Source: a virus
Lineage: Duplodnaviria; Heunggongvirae; Uroviricota; Caudoviricetes
Direction: 5' to 3' (one strand)
Virus record (IMG/VR): IMGVR_UViG_3300033068_000287
Span: 21,498-85,497 of that record
DNA length: 64,000 bases
Below the pieces are notes generated by a model. The model searched no databases. It had not been told where the DNA came from and saw nothing but the letters and a program-made list of their open reading frames with translations. Of this stretch, positions 1 through 9,993 are shown piece after piece (position 1 is the first letter of the stretch; each line of letters starts with the position of its first letter). The position numbers and the translations under genes are program-made.

Positions 1-1505
1 TCAACGTCAAACAAATATAGTTTATATTGTGCGCCTGTAGTTCCTGGTGTTCCTGATAGGAATTCAATACCACGAACTTTAGCAGTACCGATTGTTGAAC
101 CGCCAGTAGCTTTCAATGCAACAGCTTCATATGTAGAAATATCAAAAGTACCTTCAAAGTTATCCACGATAACATATGAACCAATGATAGGAGAAACAAT
201 AGCATTTGTTTTAAATAGTGTGTCTCTTGCTTTTGGTGCTTCAAGATTCAATGAATTATTTAATTCAATTTCATATCCACGAACATAGGCTTTACCAGCA
301 TCTAATGTATAAACAAATTTAGATTCGTCTCCACCGTCAGATTCTGTATAAACACCAAAATTTGTTCCTGTATTCAAATGTTCTTTAATTTGAATAGGGA
401 ATGATTTAACAGTGTAATCACCAGATTCATCATATGTACGTCTAGCTAGAGTTTTTTCTAATTCAGAGTATTCAGCACGATTTACAAGTTTTTGAATAAC
501 GCCGTCTTTAACTTGCATCAATTCAATAAAGTTGTCAGTAACTTCCTCGTCCAAATCAAATTTAGATAGAACTAGAGATACTTTGTATCTGTGTGCGCCT
601 GGTGCATTAAAGTTTGGAGAACCTTGTGCAGGATCAACCAATGAAACATCGTCTGCTTCAGTTACAAATTCGTCAATAATTCTCAATCCAACTTTGTAGC
701 TTGGATTGTTTCCAAATTTATCTAGAATAAGTGTTTGATCTTCTACAAAGCAGAAATACCCAAGAGCAAAATATACCCCTTGTTTAATCTCGGCCCTTGA
801 ACCAAACCCAGTTCCTGAAGTTTGAACAATTGCGCCGTATCCTTGAGAAAATTGGTCATCTTCTAGTGTTGATATAGTTTCACCATCAACAAAAGAATCT
901 GCTGTGGTTACTGTTAGTGCAGCGGCGCCATTATTAGCTGTAGCTGGTGCAGATAAAGTAAATTCTGTGGCAGAAACAATTTCTGCAATATATGTATTTG
1001 ATTGAATTCCTGAACCGGAAACCAATGCGCCTTTAACGATTCTTGATGTAGCATTAATAGAAACGTTTGTTACTGTTGTAGAATTGTTTGTAATTGTTGC
1101 TGTGAATGATTGTGCAGATGCCCCTGTTTCGTATTTAACGAATAGAGTATCTGGGTCACCATTTTCTGAAGCAATAACTTGGATAACAGTAGCAGTTGAA
1201 CCACTTGTGGTACCTACTAGTTTTTTGTTTAGGAAGTTGTTTACATTGATATCAATAGAATTGAATTGTGCTTCAACTTTAACGTATTGGTATTTTGTAT
1301 CAAGGGCAATTTCCCCCGGAATAACTTGCGAACCTTCTTTGAAAACATGCTTACCAAATCTTTCGATTTGTTTTTGTAATTGTGTTTGTAATTGGGATAG
1401 TTCTCTAGCTTGAACCGCAAACCCAGGACGGAAAAGAATTTCGTAATAATTCTTTTCTTCATTATAATCATTAAAATACGGTGAACTGTTGCGGTCTAGA
1501 ACCAT
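1..1505 (-). CDS. baseplate wedge/short tail fibre-type structural protein (gp9/gp10-like N-terminal domain), partial; C-terminus lies outside the window
   Basis: Minus-strand ORF opens at ATG 1505-1503 behind a GAGG RBS and runs off the window edge. The N-terminal pattern NDYNEEKNYYEILFRPG resembles the shared N-domain of T4 gp9/gp10 (KINENFDELYYELG). The rest is beta-rich and Thr/Ser/Gly-rich. It sits directly after gp8 as in the T4 wedge operon. Confidence 0.5.
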   Translation of the reverse strand, partial: MVLDRNSSPYFNDYNEEKNYYEILFRPGFAVQARELSQLQTQLQKQIERFGKHVFKEGSQVIPGEIALDTKYQYVKVEAQFNSIDINVNNFLNKKLVGTTSGSTATVIQVIASENGDPDTLFVKYETGASAQSFTATITNNSTTVTNVSINATSRIVKGALVSGSGIQSNTYIAEIVSATEFTLSAPATANNGAAALTVTTADSFVDGETISTLEDDQFSQGYGAIVQTSGTGFGSRAEIKQGVYFALGYFCFVEDQTLILDKFGNNPSYKVGLRIIDEFVTEADDVSLVDPAQGSPNFNAPGAHRYKVSLVLSKFDLDEEVTDNFIELMQVKDGVIQKLVNRAEYSELEKTLARRTYDESGDYTVKSFPIQIKEHLNTGTNFGVYTESDGGDESKFVYTLDAGKAYVRGYEIELNNSLNLEAPKARDTLFKTNAIVSPIIGSYVIVDNFEGTFDISTYEAVALKATGGSTIGTAKVRGIEFLSGTPGTTGAQYKLYLFDV

Positions 1506-1561
1506 GTTATTCAGGTTGCCTCTATTATATACGTTATGTTTTTATTCTTTATTATTTAGTC

Positions 1562-2440
1562 TTAGAATGCCAAGATTAATTGGAAATTTTCTGACTGATC
1601 TCCAGAACGTGTAATTACTCGTCTGTTTTCTACATATAGAAGCGATCCTGTTTCAATATTAATATCAGAATCAGATTCGTTTACTGTGTATGTTGTAGCG
1701 TTGGCAATGTTGCCATTTAATAGTCTAGGATTCTTCCATAGACCGTATTGTCTATAATCGTCATCAACAGGGAAAACAGAACTTTCATCTCCATCTAGAG
1801 ACTGTGAAAGCATTAGATAACCAGCACCTAATTCTTCTACTGCGTTAGAACCATGACCACCAACTGGTGTTCCTGTAGAATATACAGCAGTTGTTTCAAC
1901 TGAAGTTTGGAATGATGTTCTTTGTCCACCAAACGGAACAGGAAGCCAATCAGTTACTAAGAAATTCTGCACAATTGATGTAGACAAGTTATACATGAAT
2001 TTCCAAGTATAACCGTCCCCTGTTTGTGTTGCAGAAGTTGATGTACCAGACGGTTGAACAATAGACTGTCCGCCACTGTTATTATCTAAACATTTATAGA
2101 CGTTGTTTTCTGAAGTGATTACATAGAATTCTTTAGTGAATAAATCAGCGTCTGTTGCTGAATATTCTGCGTAAATAGTACCAGAAACCCAATCATATCT
2201 AGGAGCGACAAAGCATGTATTTGTTACAGTAAGTCTTTTAACACCAATAATATTACCTCTTGTAACAAATTCGTCACTAATACTATTCAACGGTGTAGGA
2301 GGTGAGTTTTCATTAGACCATGCACTATCGCGGCCAAAAAATAGATACAAACTATCAGGAGCAGGATCAACTCTTTCTAAAGCTGATCTGAAATTCTTTG
2401 CGCTCGATACTTTATAGTTTTGAGTAACTAACTTTGTCAT
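1562..2440 (-). CDS. 8: baseplate wedge subunit gp8
   Basis: 292 aa. Recalled similarity to T4 gp8: FFGRDSAWSNEN vs FGRSEPWSSNEN, DGYTWKFMY vs DGYVWEYLF, C-terminus YVENRR..FQLILAF vs YMENRP..INILFTF. Confidence 0.75.
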   Translation of the reverse strand: MTKLVTQNYKVSSAKNFRSALERVDPAPDSLYLFFGRDSAWSNENSPPTPLNSISDEFVTRGNIIGVKRLTVTNTCFVAPRYDWVSGTIYAEYSATDADLFTKEFYVITSENNVYKCLDNNSGGQSIVQPSGTSTSATQTGDGYTWKFMYNLSTSIVQNFLVTDWLPVPFGGQRTSFQTSVETTAVYSTGTPVGGHGSNAVEELGAGYLMLSQSLDGDESSVFPVDDDYRQYGLWKNPRLLNGNIANATTYTVNESDSDINIETGSLLYVENRRVITRSGDQSENFQLILAF

Positions 2441-2469
2441 ATTTTATTTCCTTTAGAATTATTCTATAT

Positions 2470-4182
2470 TTAGTAGTCTATTAAATGATTTCCGTTTGAA
2501 TCCAGAATTGGTGTTCTGTTCAGATTACTATCAATTTCATATAGTTTTATGATAGATTGTTGGAAATGGTCAGGAGCAGAATTAGCAACAGACGTAATTT
2601 TTCGAGTTACTTTTGCTCCTAGAATTGTGTTGTTTGTATCGATTCTAGTAATAATAGAAACTTCACCAAACAATGCAAGACCAGCAGGGTGTAGAATCTT
2701 TTTAACAACGTCTCTCCAGCGGCTCAAATCTAGACCAACTTTAACAACGTATGAATAGTCTTGATAATAGAAATTATCTTGTAATCTCTTTGAAGAACTC
2801 AAATGTCCGTCTTCATTCAGCCAACGTCCAGGATATACAGCAAGTGCGCCAGATTCCATTACACCTACAGCATTAGCGTCTCCTGCGCTTGTAAAGTCTG
2901 GATATACACTGAATCCATTAGAATCAATATCTTCATCTTTAATAACAGGGAAGTTTTCTAATTTCATCTTAGAGATAGAACCTCCACCACCGACAACAGC
3001 AATATCAGCACCAGAACCAGTTGAGGAAATTACTTCTGCTGTAGGTGCTTGGTACAAGTTACCACCAGCAAGCAATTGAACTTCAGTAATAGTTCCCATA
3101 CTGTTTACACGATTTACAATACCAAAAGCACCAGAACCAGAAGAAACAGAACTATCAACAACCTCAATCATATCTCCTTCAGATTCGATATCAACTGTGT
3201 CAATAATTGTATCTAATGCAGCATTGGCAAAATCATAATCATTAGAATCTTGCGCCCCAATAGGAGCATCGGCAAGATATACACCGTTCCAAGTATATCC
3301 GATAGGAAGCGCGTATAACCTATCGACCTCTTTAATTTCTCCGTTATAGTTTAGACCGCCATCAATGATTGTAAGACCTGTTACTGGACCTTTAGTAACT
3401 TGAATAACTTTAGCTTTAGATAATTCAGTGCCAGTATTGTCTCTTACACTAATAGTGTCGCCGATAGCGTATGATGAACCACCGGCAATCATATCGATAC
3501 CAGTAAAGATTTCTACAATCTGTTCTTGAAATGATGCAGGCTGACCATTTTCATCAAAATACATGATGTTAATGAATTCTTCAGCAATAAAATCGCCACG
3601 AATTTCACTTAATGACAATTCAACAATTGTTTCGCCTCTATCGATATATCTTAAAACAGATTCGATTGTTGCTAATGCTCCAGAAGTTACACCAACAATT
3701 TGTTTACTGTTCAGCAAAGTAATATTATCAGGATCACTTAATGTAATCTTGATAGAACGTTGCTCATACCATTTACCGTCAGACGCTCTTAAAACGTCAA
3801 CTTTAGGATAATAAAATTCAATGTTGTCATTGTACAGAATACGAAACAAGAATCTATATGAATGCTCGTTACCTTTATTCAAATAGAAATTTTTAATATT
3901 CTTTGCTAGTAATCTTTTATCTGCTAGAACTTCATTAGGAATATTAACTAGATATTCTTTTCTAAAAAATTCAATAAATTCATCAAGCGTAGTATCAATA
4001 TCTCTATAGTCCTTCAAATGAATAGCGATATCATGAGGACTCTTAGATTGTTCCATAAATTCTAGATATGAAGAAATAAACGCGATAAATGTTGGATAAT
4101 CACGTTTGACAAATTCAGGAATTGATCTGTCTTTTAAAATTTCTGCAATAGACTTATGCATAGGTAGTTCGGTGATTGCCAT
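2470..4182 (-). CDS. 7: baseplate wedge subunit gp7-like (short version, 570 aa vs 1032 aa in T4)
   Basis: Block EHSYRFLFRILYNDNIEFYYP matches the T4 gp7 region YDFYSTKGIEASYKFLFKVLYNEEVEIEIE. It sits between gp8 and gp6 as in T4. Confidence 0.6.
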   Translation of the reverse strand: MAITELPMHKSIAEILKDRSIPEFVKRDYPTFIAFISSYLEFMEQSKSPHDIAIHLKDYRDIDTTLDEFIEFFRKEYLVNIPNEVLADKRLLAKNIKNFYLNKGNEHSYRFLFRILYNDNIEFYYPKVDVLRASDGKWYEQRSIKITLSDPDNITLLNSKQIVGVTSGALATIESVLRYIDRGETIVELSLSEIRGDFIAEEFINIMYFDENGQPASFQEQIVEIFTGIDMIAGGSSYAIGDTISVRDNTGTELSKAKVIQVTKGPVTGLTIIDGGLNYNGEIKEVDRLYALPIGYTWNGVYLADAPIGAQDSNDYDFANAALDTIIDTVDIESEGDMIEVVDSSVSSGSGAFGIVNRVNSMGTITEVQLLAGGNLYQAPTAEVISSTGSGADIAVVGGGGSISKMKLENFPVIKDEDIDSNGFSVYPDFTSAGDANAVGVMESGALAVYPGRWLNEDGHLSSSKRLQDNFYYQDYSYVVKVGLDLSRWRDVVKKILHPAGLALFGEVSIITRIDTNNTILGAKVTRKITSVANSAPDHFQQSIIKLYEIDSNLNRTPILDSNGNHLIDY

Positions 4183-6023
4183 TATGACTCGTCAGGAATT
4201 AATGTTAATGAAACACCATTTGATTTTAATCTAATGATTTGATCTCTTTCGTTTGTATAAACGTTATAATCTGTATACACAACGGCAGGATTTGCAGTAT
4301 CAATAAATGATCCAGGAGATACAGAAATAATCAAACGTCTGAATACAGTATTATCTACAATAGAATCAATTCTAAAGTTATTTACTGAAATGTTTCCGCT
4401 ATTATAATCTACTGTGCCCGCATTTCTTGTTAGATAGATTGTTTGTCCTTGATTTGTTACTCTATAAACAGCAAGGTTTCCTGTTGTGTGCGGTCCAGCA
4501 CTGTTAGGAATATCTTTCATTTTCCAAACAAGACCATCAACAACAAATTCATTAGAAACGATAGAGCCAGGATGTAAGGAGTTATTGAACACATAGTTAT
4601 ATGTTCCTGCAATTCCTGGATAAATCTCTTTAAATTTCTCTAGTGTCAAGTTTGTAACACTGTTTAGAATTAAAGAATTTGTATCATCAATAGCTGATAC
4701 AAGTTTAGAATAATACAATGGTCTACCGAATTTGTTTGCTTCAGTGCTAAAGAATGTATTGATAGAATTTAGAATTTGTTGTTCTAGATTAATATTAGAT
4801 GATCTATCGTAAAGTCTAGCATTGTACGTTACAACAGTTTTTACAGATACATCGATATAATCAGCATCAACGATTTCTGGTCTAATAGAAACAATATTGA
4901 AACGTGAAATAATATCATTCTGAATAGATGCTTTAATAGCATTAGAAAAATAAGTAGACGCTTTAGGCTTAATAGCAATAAAGACTTTACCATAGAATGG
5001 TGGAGTATTCTTTTCGCCGCCCCAAATAGAAATATCATCAACGTCAGGATATGTATTTCCGATTAATGCTTTATAATCATCTTCTGTTACGGCGCGTTTT
5101 TGTGTCTGGTAGTAAAATGGAGCCAGGTATTTGATTGATTCTACTGATTCTCTATCAGAACCACCAGAAGCTGTTTCTTGTGTTGTGATGTTAACAGCAG
5201 AAACGTTAGTTAAAGCAGAACCTAAAGTAAACACTCTAGAACCGTTAGCTGCTGCGCCGTCTGTTAGTAGATAATTTAATTGTACGACATTACCGTTTTG
5301 TAATTGCTTGCCGATAACACCGTCTCCGAAATATGTTTCAAAGAATCCATCATATGTTTCTTGTAAGAAATATACGTTTGTTTCGCCGTTAAGATTAGAA
5401 ATATCCACATTATTAATATTTTCATATGGAACAACAGTTGTAGAACTTAATGTATCTTTGTATAGAACAGATAAAAATCTAGTATCTGCATTTTTGTTAG
5501 CAACAATAAGTCTTTGCGAAGCATCGTTTAGATTAACGACATATGACGATGTTGTAAATTTTCCTTGGTAGATATCGATATATTCAGAGAATACACCGTT
5601 ACCATCATTCTCAATAATATAATCTCTTGTTGTAACAAATGAATATGTTTCGCCACCAGCAGAAGTAGAAAATCTTGTTCCTTTTGGTAGGATGTATTCA
5701 TTGGGATTTCCGGCAACAGAAAATGCAACACGAATAATAGCTTTAGCAGCAGACATAGAACGTGGAGTATATCCTAATTCTTTTGCTCTTGAAACGACAG
5801 AACCGCGCTGTACAGCAGAATCTAAGAATGTTTCACCAAAAGCCATGTTTGTATGCATAGCTGTGTAATGTACAGAATATGCCATAATGTCCAAAAGAAC
5901 GCTCATTGAAGAACCTTCAAAATCATAATCAGTAAATTGATTTTGATTTCTTAGATAATTTTTGATGTTTTCTTTGATTAAGAAAAAGTCTGCTTCAGAT
6001 ACGTTTAAATTTTTAGTTGCCAT
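4182..6023 (-). CDS. 6: baseplate wedge subunit gp6 (baseplate J-like)
   Basis: 613 aa. N-terminus NQFTDYDFEGSSMSVLLDIMAYSVHY closely matches T4 gp6 NEFLDYDFEGSRLNVLCDLLAYNTLY. Confidence 0.85.
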   Translation of the reverse strand: MATKNLNVSEADFFLIKENIKNYLRNQNQFTDYDFEGSSMSVLLDIMAYSVHYTAMHTNMAFGETFLDSAVQRGSVVSRAKELGYTPRSMSAAKAIIRVAFSVAGNPNEYILPKGTRFSTSAGGETYSFVTTRDYIIENDGNGVFSEYIDIYQGKFTTSSYVVNLNDASQRLIVANKNADTRFLSVLYKDTLSSTTVVPYENINNVDISNLNGETNVYFLQETYDGFFETYFGDGVIGKQLQNGNVVQLNYLLTDGAAANGSRVFTLGSALTNVSAVNITTQETASGGSDRESVESIKYLAPFYYQTQKRAVTEDDYKALIGNTYPDVDDISIWGGEKNTPPFYGKVFIAIKPKASTYFSNAIKASIQNDIISRFNIVSIRPEIVDADYIDVSVKTVVTYNARLYDRSSNINLEQQILNSINTFFSTEANKFGRPLYYSKLVSAIDDTNSLILNSVTNLTLEKFKEIYPGIAGTYNYVFNNSLHPGSIVSNEFVVDGLVWKMKDIPNSAGPHTTGNLAVYRVTNQGQTIYLTRNAGTVDYNSGNISVNNFRIDSIVDNTVFRRLIISVSPGSFIDTANPAVVYTDYNVYTNERDQIIRLKSNGVSLTLIPDES

Positions 6024-6029
6024 TTATGA

Positions 6030-6446
6030 CTATCTAACTCTCTTTAGAATGATATTTATTGATTGTGGTGCAATGGTATTAACCATATCGAACTTTAAAC
6101 TTACTTCTAATTCGTTTCTATCGCTGTTTTCAGTCACCGATAGCGAAACGATAGAAACCCGTGGTTCCCAGTTGGAAATGACTGTTCTAATTGACTTTTC
6201 CAACTCTAAAGTTGTAATTTGGTCTAAAGGCTCAAATAATAAATCAGTTAATCCCCCGGACATGTACGGTCTAAATGGTCTTTCACCAAAATTGGTGTAT
6301 AGCAATGTTTTTAATGATTGCTTGATAGATTCAACGTCTGTTTTCTTTCTTAGATCACCGGTCAAAGGATTTGATTTAAACGACATGTCAAAATCGCTGT
6401 AAGTTACTGTTCCTTTTGTAAAGATATTATTATTGTAACTAGCCAT
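6030..6446 (-). CDS. 25: baseplate wedge subunit gp25 (lysozyme-fold GPW family)
   Basis: Track ORF 6030..6461 begins with TTG. The internal ATG at 6446 gives MASYNNN, which aligns to T4 gp25 MANINKLYSD, and has an AGGGA RBS. Motifs GERPFRPY.GG and NWEPRV match gp25 (RKGSRPFDPEFG, NYEPRI). Confidence 0.8.
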   Translation of the reverse strand: MASYNNNIFTKGTVTYSDFDMSFKSNPLTGDLRKKTDVESIKQSLKTLLYTNFGERPFRPYMSGGLTDLLFEPLDQITTLELEKSIRTVISNWEPRVSIVSLSVTENSDRNELEVSLKFDMVNTIAPQSINIILKRVR

Positions 6447-6452
6447 TATTTC

Positions 6453-6504
6453 CCTTGACAATCTATGGAACTTACTATATAATCATAGGTGTCCTATGAT
6501 AGTT
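6453..6504. repeat. 52-bp element, perfect reverse-complement copy of 59122-59173; lies just upstream of gene 25
   Basis: Reverse complement reads aactatcataggacacctatgattatatagtaagttccatagattgtcaagg, identical to 59122-59173. It contains the hairpin CATAGG-aca-CCTATG. Confidence 0.9.
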
Positions 6505-6546
6505 AACCATATTAATTAGTATTATTACTTAATATATTTATTACTG

Positions 6547-6978
6547 TTAATGATATATTGATTCATCTATACCTTTAAATTCCACCAAACTGTATTCATT
6601 CATTAATGATAAACAATCCAATATTGGTAAATTAATCCTAAGAATTGGTAATGTTCTATGCATTAACATAGATGCAATATATCTATGATGACCATCAATA
6701 CAATAATTATCTGCGGAAATTAGAATTGGCTTTTCTGATTGTGTAGAATCTGAAGCAATACTAGCAACTTTATTGACATTGAATTCATTCTGTGTTGGTT
6801 TTAAAACAAATGGAATTTCCACAGTTTTCTCAAAAGTAACACCTCTATTTCTCAACCATTTTTCAAATTTTTCGTCTGGATTAATCTGTGGCATTTCCCC
6901 TCTAGGAATATCCAAAGAATGGTTTGCAAGCTGTTTGCACAAAGTATCTGCTGCTAGATACTGATTGAATCGTAACAT
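6547..6978 (-). CDS. ParB/sulfiredoxin-like nuclease domain protein
   Basis: 143 aa with the DGHHRY motif typical of ParB N-terminal/Srx fold nucleases. Confidence 0.45.
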   Translation of the reverse strand: MLRFNQYLAADTLCKQLANHSLDIPRGEMPQINPDEKFEKWLRNRGVTFEKTVEIPFVLKPTQNEFNVNKVASIASDSTQSEKPILISADNYCIDGHHRYIASMLMHRTLPILRINLPILDCLSLMNEYSLVEFKGIDESIYH

Positions 6979-7045
6979 AGTATTTTTAAACCCATTTTTA
7001 TTATTTAATTATATGATATTTATGAAATAAAAACCAGCTATATTT

Positions 7046-7234
7046 CTATAACCGGTTTTCAAAAATTGCTGTAACTGCTGCGTCAAAATAATTTTCAGCT
7101 AAACTATCAGATAATTTACATTCATCTTTTATTAGCTGTATTAATTCATCTTCAGTTAATCTGTCATTTATCATCACAAGTTCATAAACTTGATAAAATG
7201 TCGCGTCTCTATTCAATTTCTTCAACTGGACCAT
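7046..7234 (-). CDS. hypothetical protein
   Basis: 62 aa ORF packed between neighbours on the same strand. Confidence 0.3.
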   Translation of the reverse strand: MVQLKKLNRDATFYQVYELVMINDRLTEDELIQLIKDECKLSDSLAENYFDAAVTAIFENRL

Positions 7235-7640
7235 ACTCTTTAAATAATTCGTTAATTCTATCCTGAAGATATTTATACGTTCTTGGTGCGCGTGTTTCTA
7301 ATTCTGCCATGCCTGTTCCGATTCCGTCTTTAGGAAAAACGACAGTTTTATTTTCACGGAGAAGATAAAGAACCTTTAAAAGGTCTTCCCAAATAAGTTC
7401 ACAATTCCGTTCGGTTCTTGTCATTCTATTTGAATAGTTGCCTTTATCTGTCCAGTATGCATCTTCTGAAAATAATGGCTTTTCTTTAGTTCTAACACCA
7501 AGGGCGTTAGGTTCGCCGCGCATTTCTTTTGCTTGACCACCTTTACCAACTCTCATGCTATTATCACCAAAGACAAAAATCCAATCTGGATGTTGTCTCA
7601 TAAATTCTCTAGTAATATATTTCTTAATCTTGATTGTCAT
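7209..7640 (-). CDS. hypothetical protein (FVFGDN..GKGGQA motif, DUF-like)
   Basis: 143 aa ORF, coupled to neighbours by short overlaps. Confidence 0.4.
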   Translation of the reverse strand: MTIKIKKYITREFMRQHPDWIFVFGDNSMRVGKGGQAKEMRGEPNALGVRTKEKPLFSEDAYWTDKGNYSNRMTRTERNCELIWEDLLKVLYLLRENKTVVFPKDGIGTGMAELETRAPRTYKYLQDRINELFKEYGPVEEIE

Positions 7641-8071
7641 TTAGGTAAAAGAAAACCTTCCTCTGGGTTATTTCCAGTATAATATACTTTTTTGATATTG
7701 AATGTATTGATGCATCTTGCACAGCCTGGACATGGTTTTGCAAGACCAGTTTCTCCTGTCTTTTTAAGACGCAAAATATATAATGTAGATTTAGCTAATT
7801 CTTCTAGCGTCAATTTTTTAAGTGCATTGTAAATAGCAAGCGTTTCTGCATGTAGATATACAGATTCTTCATTTTTTGCAAATCTCTTTTGGAATGGATG
7901 TGTTTTATATGAATTTTGTCCAAACGCAACAATATTTCCATTATACACAACGGCTGCTGCTAACTGTTGATTACCAGCAGATTCTCCAGATTGTGCAAGT
8001 GTTTTTAGTAAATTGTGGATTTTATGCTCACGTTTATTCATAATTTTCGTCCATTTAAAGAAAAAAGCCAT
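7637..8071 (-). CDS. cytidine/deoxycytidylate deaminase family protein (CDA fold, zinc-binding)
   Basis: The HAE and PCxxC motifs (LHAETLAI ... PCPGCARC) are present. Confidence 0.6.
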   Translation of the reverse strand: MAFFFKWTKIMNKREHKIHNLLKTLAQSGESAGNQQLAAAVVYNGNIVAFGQNSYKTHPFQKRFAKNEESVYLHAETLAIYNALKKLTLEELAKSTLYILRLKKTGETGLAKPCPGCARCINTFNIKKVYYTGNNPEEGFLLPK

Positions 8072-8115
8072 ACATAATATGGCTTTTATATTATGATATT
8101 AGTATTGTAACACAG

Positions 8116-8292
8116 TTAATCTTTTAATGCAACTGGTAAAGTTCCACCACGGCGTCCTTCACGGCGCCAGAAATTCAATACTTTTGCTTTTAGTGCAAGA
8201 ACTACGGTATGAAATGCTGTTCTACTTTTAATAGGGTTCATTGTAAAAGTAGCAAGTTGTACTGCGTCTACTACTGTTGATGTTGCTGCCAT
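8116..8292 (-). CDS. small hypothetical protein (58 aa)
   Basis: Minus-strand ORF MAATSTVVDAVQLATF...VALKD with an AGGA RBS. It falls below the track cutoff. Confidence 0.25.
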   Translation of the reverse strand: MAATSTVVDAVQLATFTMNPIKSRTAFHTVVLALKAKVLNFWRREGRRGGTLPVALKD

Positions 8293-8311
8293 TTTGAATT
8301 ATCCTTTAAAA

Positions 8312-8722
8312 TTATAGTGTGAAAATACCATTTGACGCATTGAAGTCAATAGTATGTGTATCAGCGTTAGCTAGTGTTAGTTGACCTAGATCAATCCATC
8401 CAACTAGTGGATCATTTGTTGCTGTGTCGTTATAGATTACAGCGTAACGGAAAGGACCAACAGCACCAGTAGCTGTGATTACAAGGTCAGTAGCTACGAC
8501 TTTAGCAACTGCGCCTGTTGATGTTGCAGCAGCAAGAGTTAGAACAAGACCACCAGTTGTATAGCCAGTTCCGCCAGCGATTTGTGTAATGTTTCCGATT
8601 ACTGTATTTGTAACGACTGGAACAGTGTTTGTAAGCAATACTTTGAAAGTATCTGTTCCGAATTTGTGTGTTCCGTCTAGTAAATCTTTAGTAAGACGAT
8701 TAAATTTTTGTAGTGTTGCCAT
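8312..8722 (-). CDS. hypothetical protein, Gly/Thr/Ala-rich and beta-rich (possibly structural or decoration)
   Basis: 136 aa ORF. Hydrophobic G/T/A-rich repeats. Confidence 0.45.
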   Translation of the reverse strand: MATLQKFNRLTKDLLDGTHKFGTDTFKVLLTNTVPVVTNTVIGNITQIAGGTGYTTGGLVLTLAAATSTGAVAKVVATDLVITATGAVGPFRYAVIYNDTATNDPLVGWIDLGQLTLANADTHTIDFNASNGIFTL

Positions 8723-8868
8723 TCATTTTCTCCTAGAACCAGCGAATTATTGATTATTCCATTACTATTTAGTAAAGAATAAAATTCAATACTGGTTCGG
8801 CCTCTATAAGCGTTTCTTATGTTATTTATTATTTATTGTGTGAAATACACTTATAGAGGCTGGACTAA

Positions 8869-8942
8869 ATGGGTTGCCTGACGGGTAACGCTCCCGCTTA
8901 AACGGAATCACAATCCGTTGCATTACTTTTATGCTACAAGCA
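8869..8942 (-). tRNA. tRNA-like gene, anticodon GUG (His-like), non-canonical T-loop AGCGTTA and D-loop without GG
   Basis: By-eye cloverleaf on the minus strand: TTGCTTG-TA-GCAT/AAAAGTA/ATGC-A-ACGGA/TTGTGAT/TCCGT-TTAA-GCGGG/AGCGTTA/CCCGT-CAGGCAA-C-CCA (74 nt). Acceptor, D, anticodon and T stems all pair. CCA is encoded and the discriminator is C. Confidence 0.5.
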
Positions 8943-8945
8943 AAC

Positions 8946-9020
8946 TTGGCTGGGGAGGGTGGACTCGAACCACCACTCTCAACGCTTCAAAGGCGTGAAT
9001 GTTACCTTACACCACTCCCC
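8946..9020 (-). tRNA. tRNA-Gln (anticodon UUG)
   Basis: Acceptor TGGGGAG/CTCCCCA, T-arm GGTGG-TTCGAGT-CCACC, anticodon loop CTTTGAA, discriminator G plus CCA. 75 nt. Confidence 0.65.
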
Positions 9021-9305
9021 AAGATTCTTGGTACTCCCTAACGGTACTGCCCCGTTTTTTATCGGTTAAAAGCCGATTACATCACTTTAATGTTTAGGAA
9101 GCATTTCTTTACACGATTCCTATATCATGTATTTTTAATTGGTCGAGGTGGAAGGTTTTACCTTCAGTGCCGGCGCCTCATAGCACCATACACCTCGATA
9201 ATTCGTAGACACGCAAGGGATTCGGCACCCTTTACACCACCCTCTCCCGGAGCGGCATTTTCTTCTACAGAATTAGTTTTACATCTAATTCACGCGCATC
9301 ATAAT

Positions 9306-9381
9306 TGGTCGGTGACAGGAGATTCGAACTCCCATATTCCTGGCTCCAGACCAGACCTATTAGCCGTTATAGTAATCACCG
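9306..9381 (-). tRNA. tRNA, probably Pro (anticodon UGG by standard numbering; position 33 is C, so the loop register is uncertain)
   Basis: Acceptor CGGTGAT/GTCACCG (one G-U), D-stem CTAT/ATAG, T-arm GGGAG-TTCGAAT-CTCCT, A73-CCA. 76 nt. Confidence 0.5.
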
Positions 9382-9388
9382 TTATTCT

Positions 9389-9462
9389 TGGTACTTCTTG
9401 ACAGAATCGAACTGCCGCATGAACCATGTAAGGGTCCCGTTCTACCATTAAACTAAAGAAGC
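9389..9462 (-). tRNA. tRNA-Val (anticodon UAC)
   Basis: Acceptor GCTTCTT/AAGAAGT, anticodon arm GGACC-CTTACAT-GGTTC, T-arm GGCAG-TTCGATT-CTGTC, A73-CCA. 74 nt. Confidence 0.65.
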
Positions 9463-9993
9463 GTTATCTTTTTTATATTTTCTTAAATAATTATTACGTT
9501 TTGTATTCTTTATATTTCTACCAGTAAAGGTTTCTGTTTGTGTATGACAGTTAGGACAAATAACTCTTAAATTAAAAAGTTGGTTATTATCGCTATTTCC
9601 ATCAATGTGATCTATCTGCATAGTTAAGGGTTTATTATTCCATATAGGAGCACAACCACAAACTTGACAATTCTTAGTTAGAGTTAGTAAGTATCTTCTT
9701 ATTCTTCTAAAATCTACTGCTAAATCGCTTTTAATTTTTTCGTTTGTTTGTTTAATATAATATAATCCTTGACATTTATTGTCGCAGAATTTATCATTTC
9801 TTTTACTTAATAACTTTTCACAATGTAAACAATTTTTATTCTCTTTACTTGTTCTGCCTAACGAATATCCTTTTTGTTCCCAAACCGGAAATTCATCTTT
9901 TTTAATTTTCTTTACTTCTGAACCATTGTTTATCCAGCAAGTACCGAATTGAGAATTATTTGTTCCCAACTGTTTTTCTTTATTTTTGTGCAT
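9448..9993 (-). CDS. HNH homing-type endonuclease inserted in the tRNA cluster
   Basis: 181 aa with the HNH motif QIDHIDGN...NLRVICPNCH and an N-terminal Cys-rich region. Its 3' end overlaps the 5' end of tRNA-Val by 15 nt. Confidence 0.7.
   Translation of the reverse strand: MHKNKEKQLGTNNSQFGTCWINNGSEVKKIKKDEFPVWEQKGYSLGRTSKENKNCLHCEKLLSKRNDKFCDNKCQGLYYIKQTNEKIKSDLAVDFRRIRRYLLTLTKNCQVCGCAPIWNNKPLTMQIDHIDGNSDNNQLFNLRVICPNCHTQTETFTGRNIKNTKRNNYLRKYKKDNASLV

Noticed and set aside
9090-9401. 103-aa plus-strand ORF in the tRNA spacer
   Set aside because: Proline/Arg-rich, with no RBS. It overlaps the minus-strand tRNA-Pro and a hairpin-rich spacer, on the opposite strand to every neighbouring gene.
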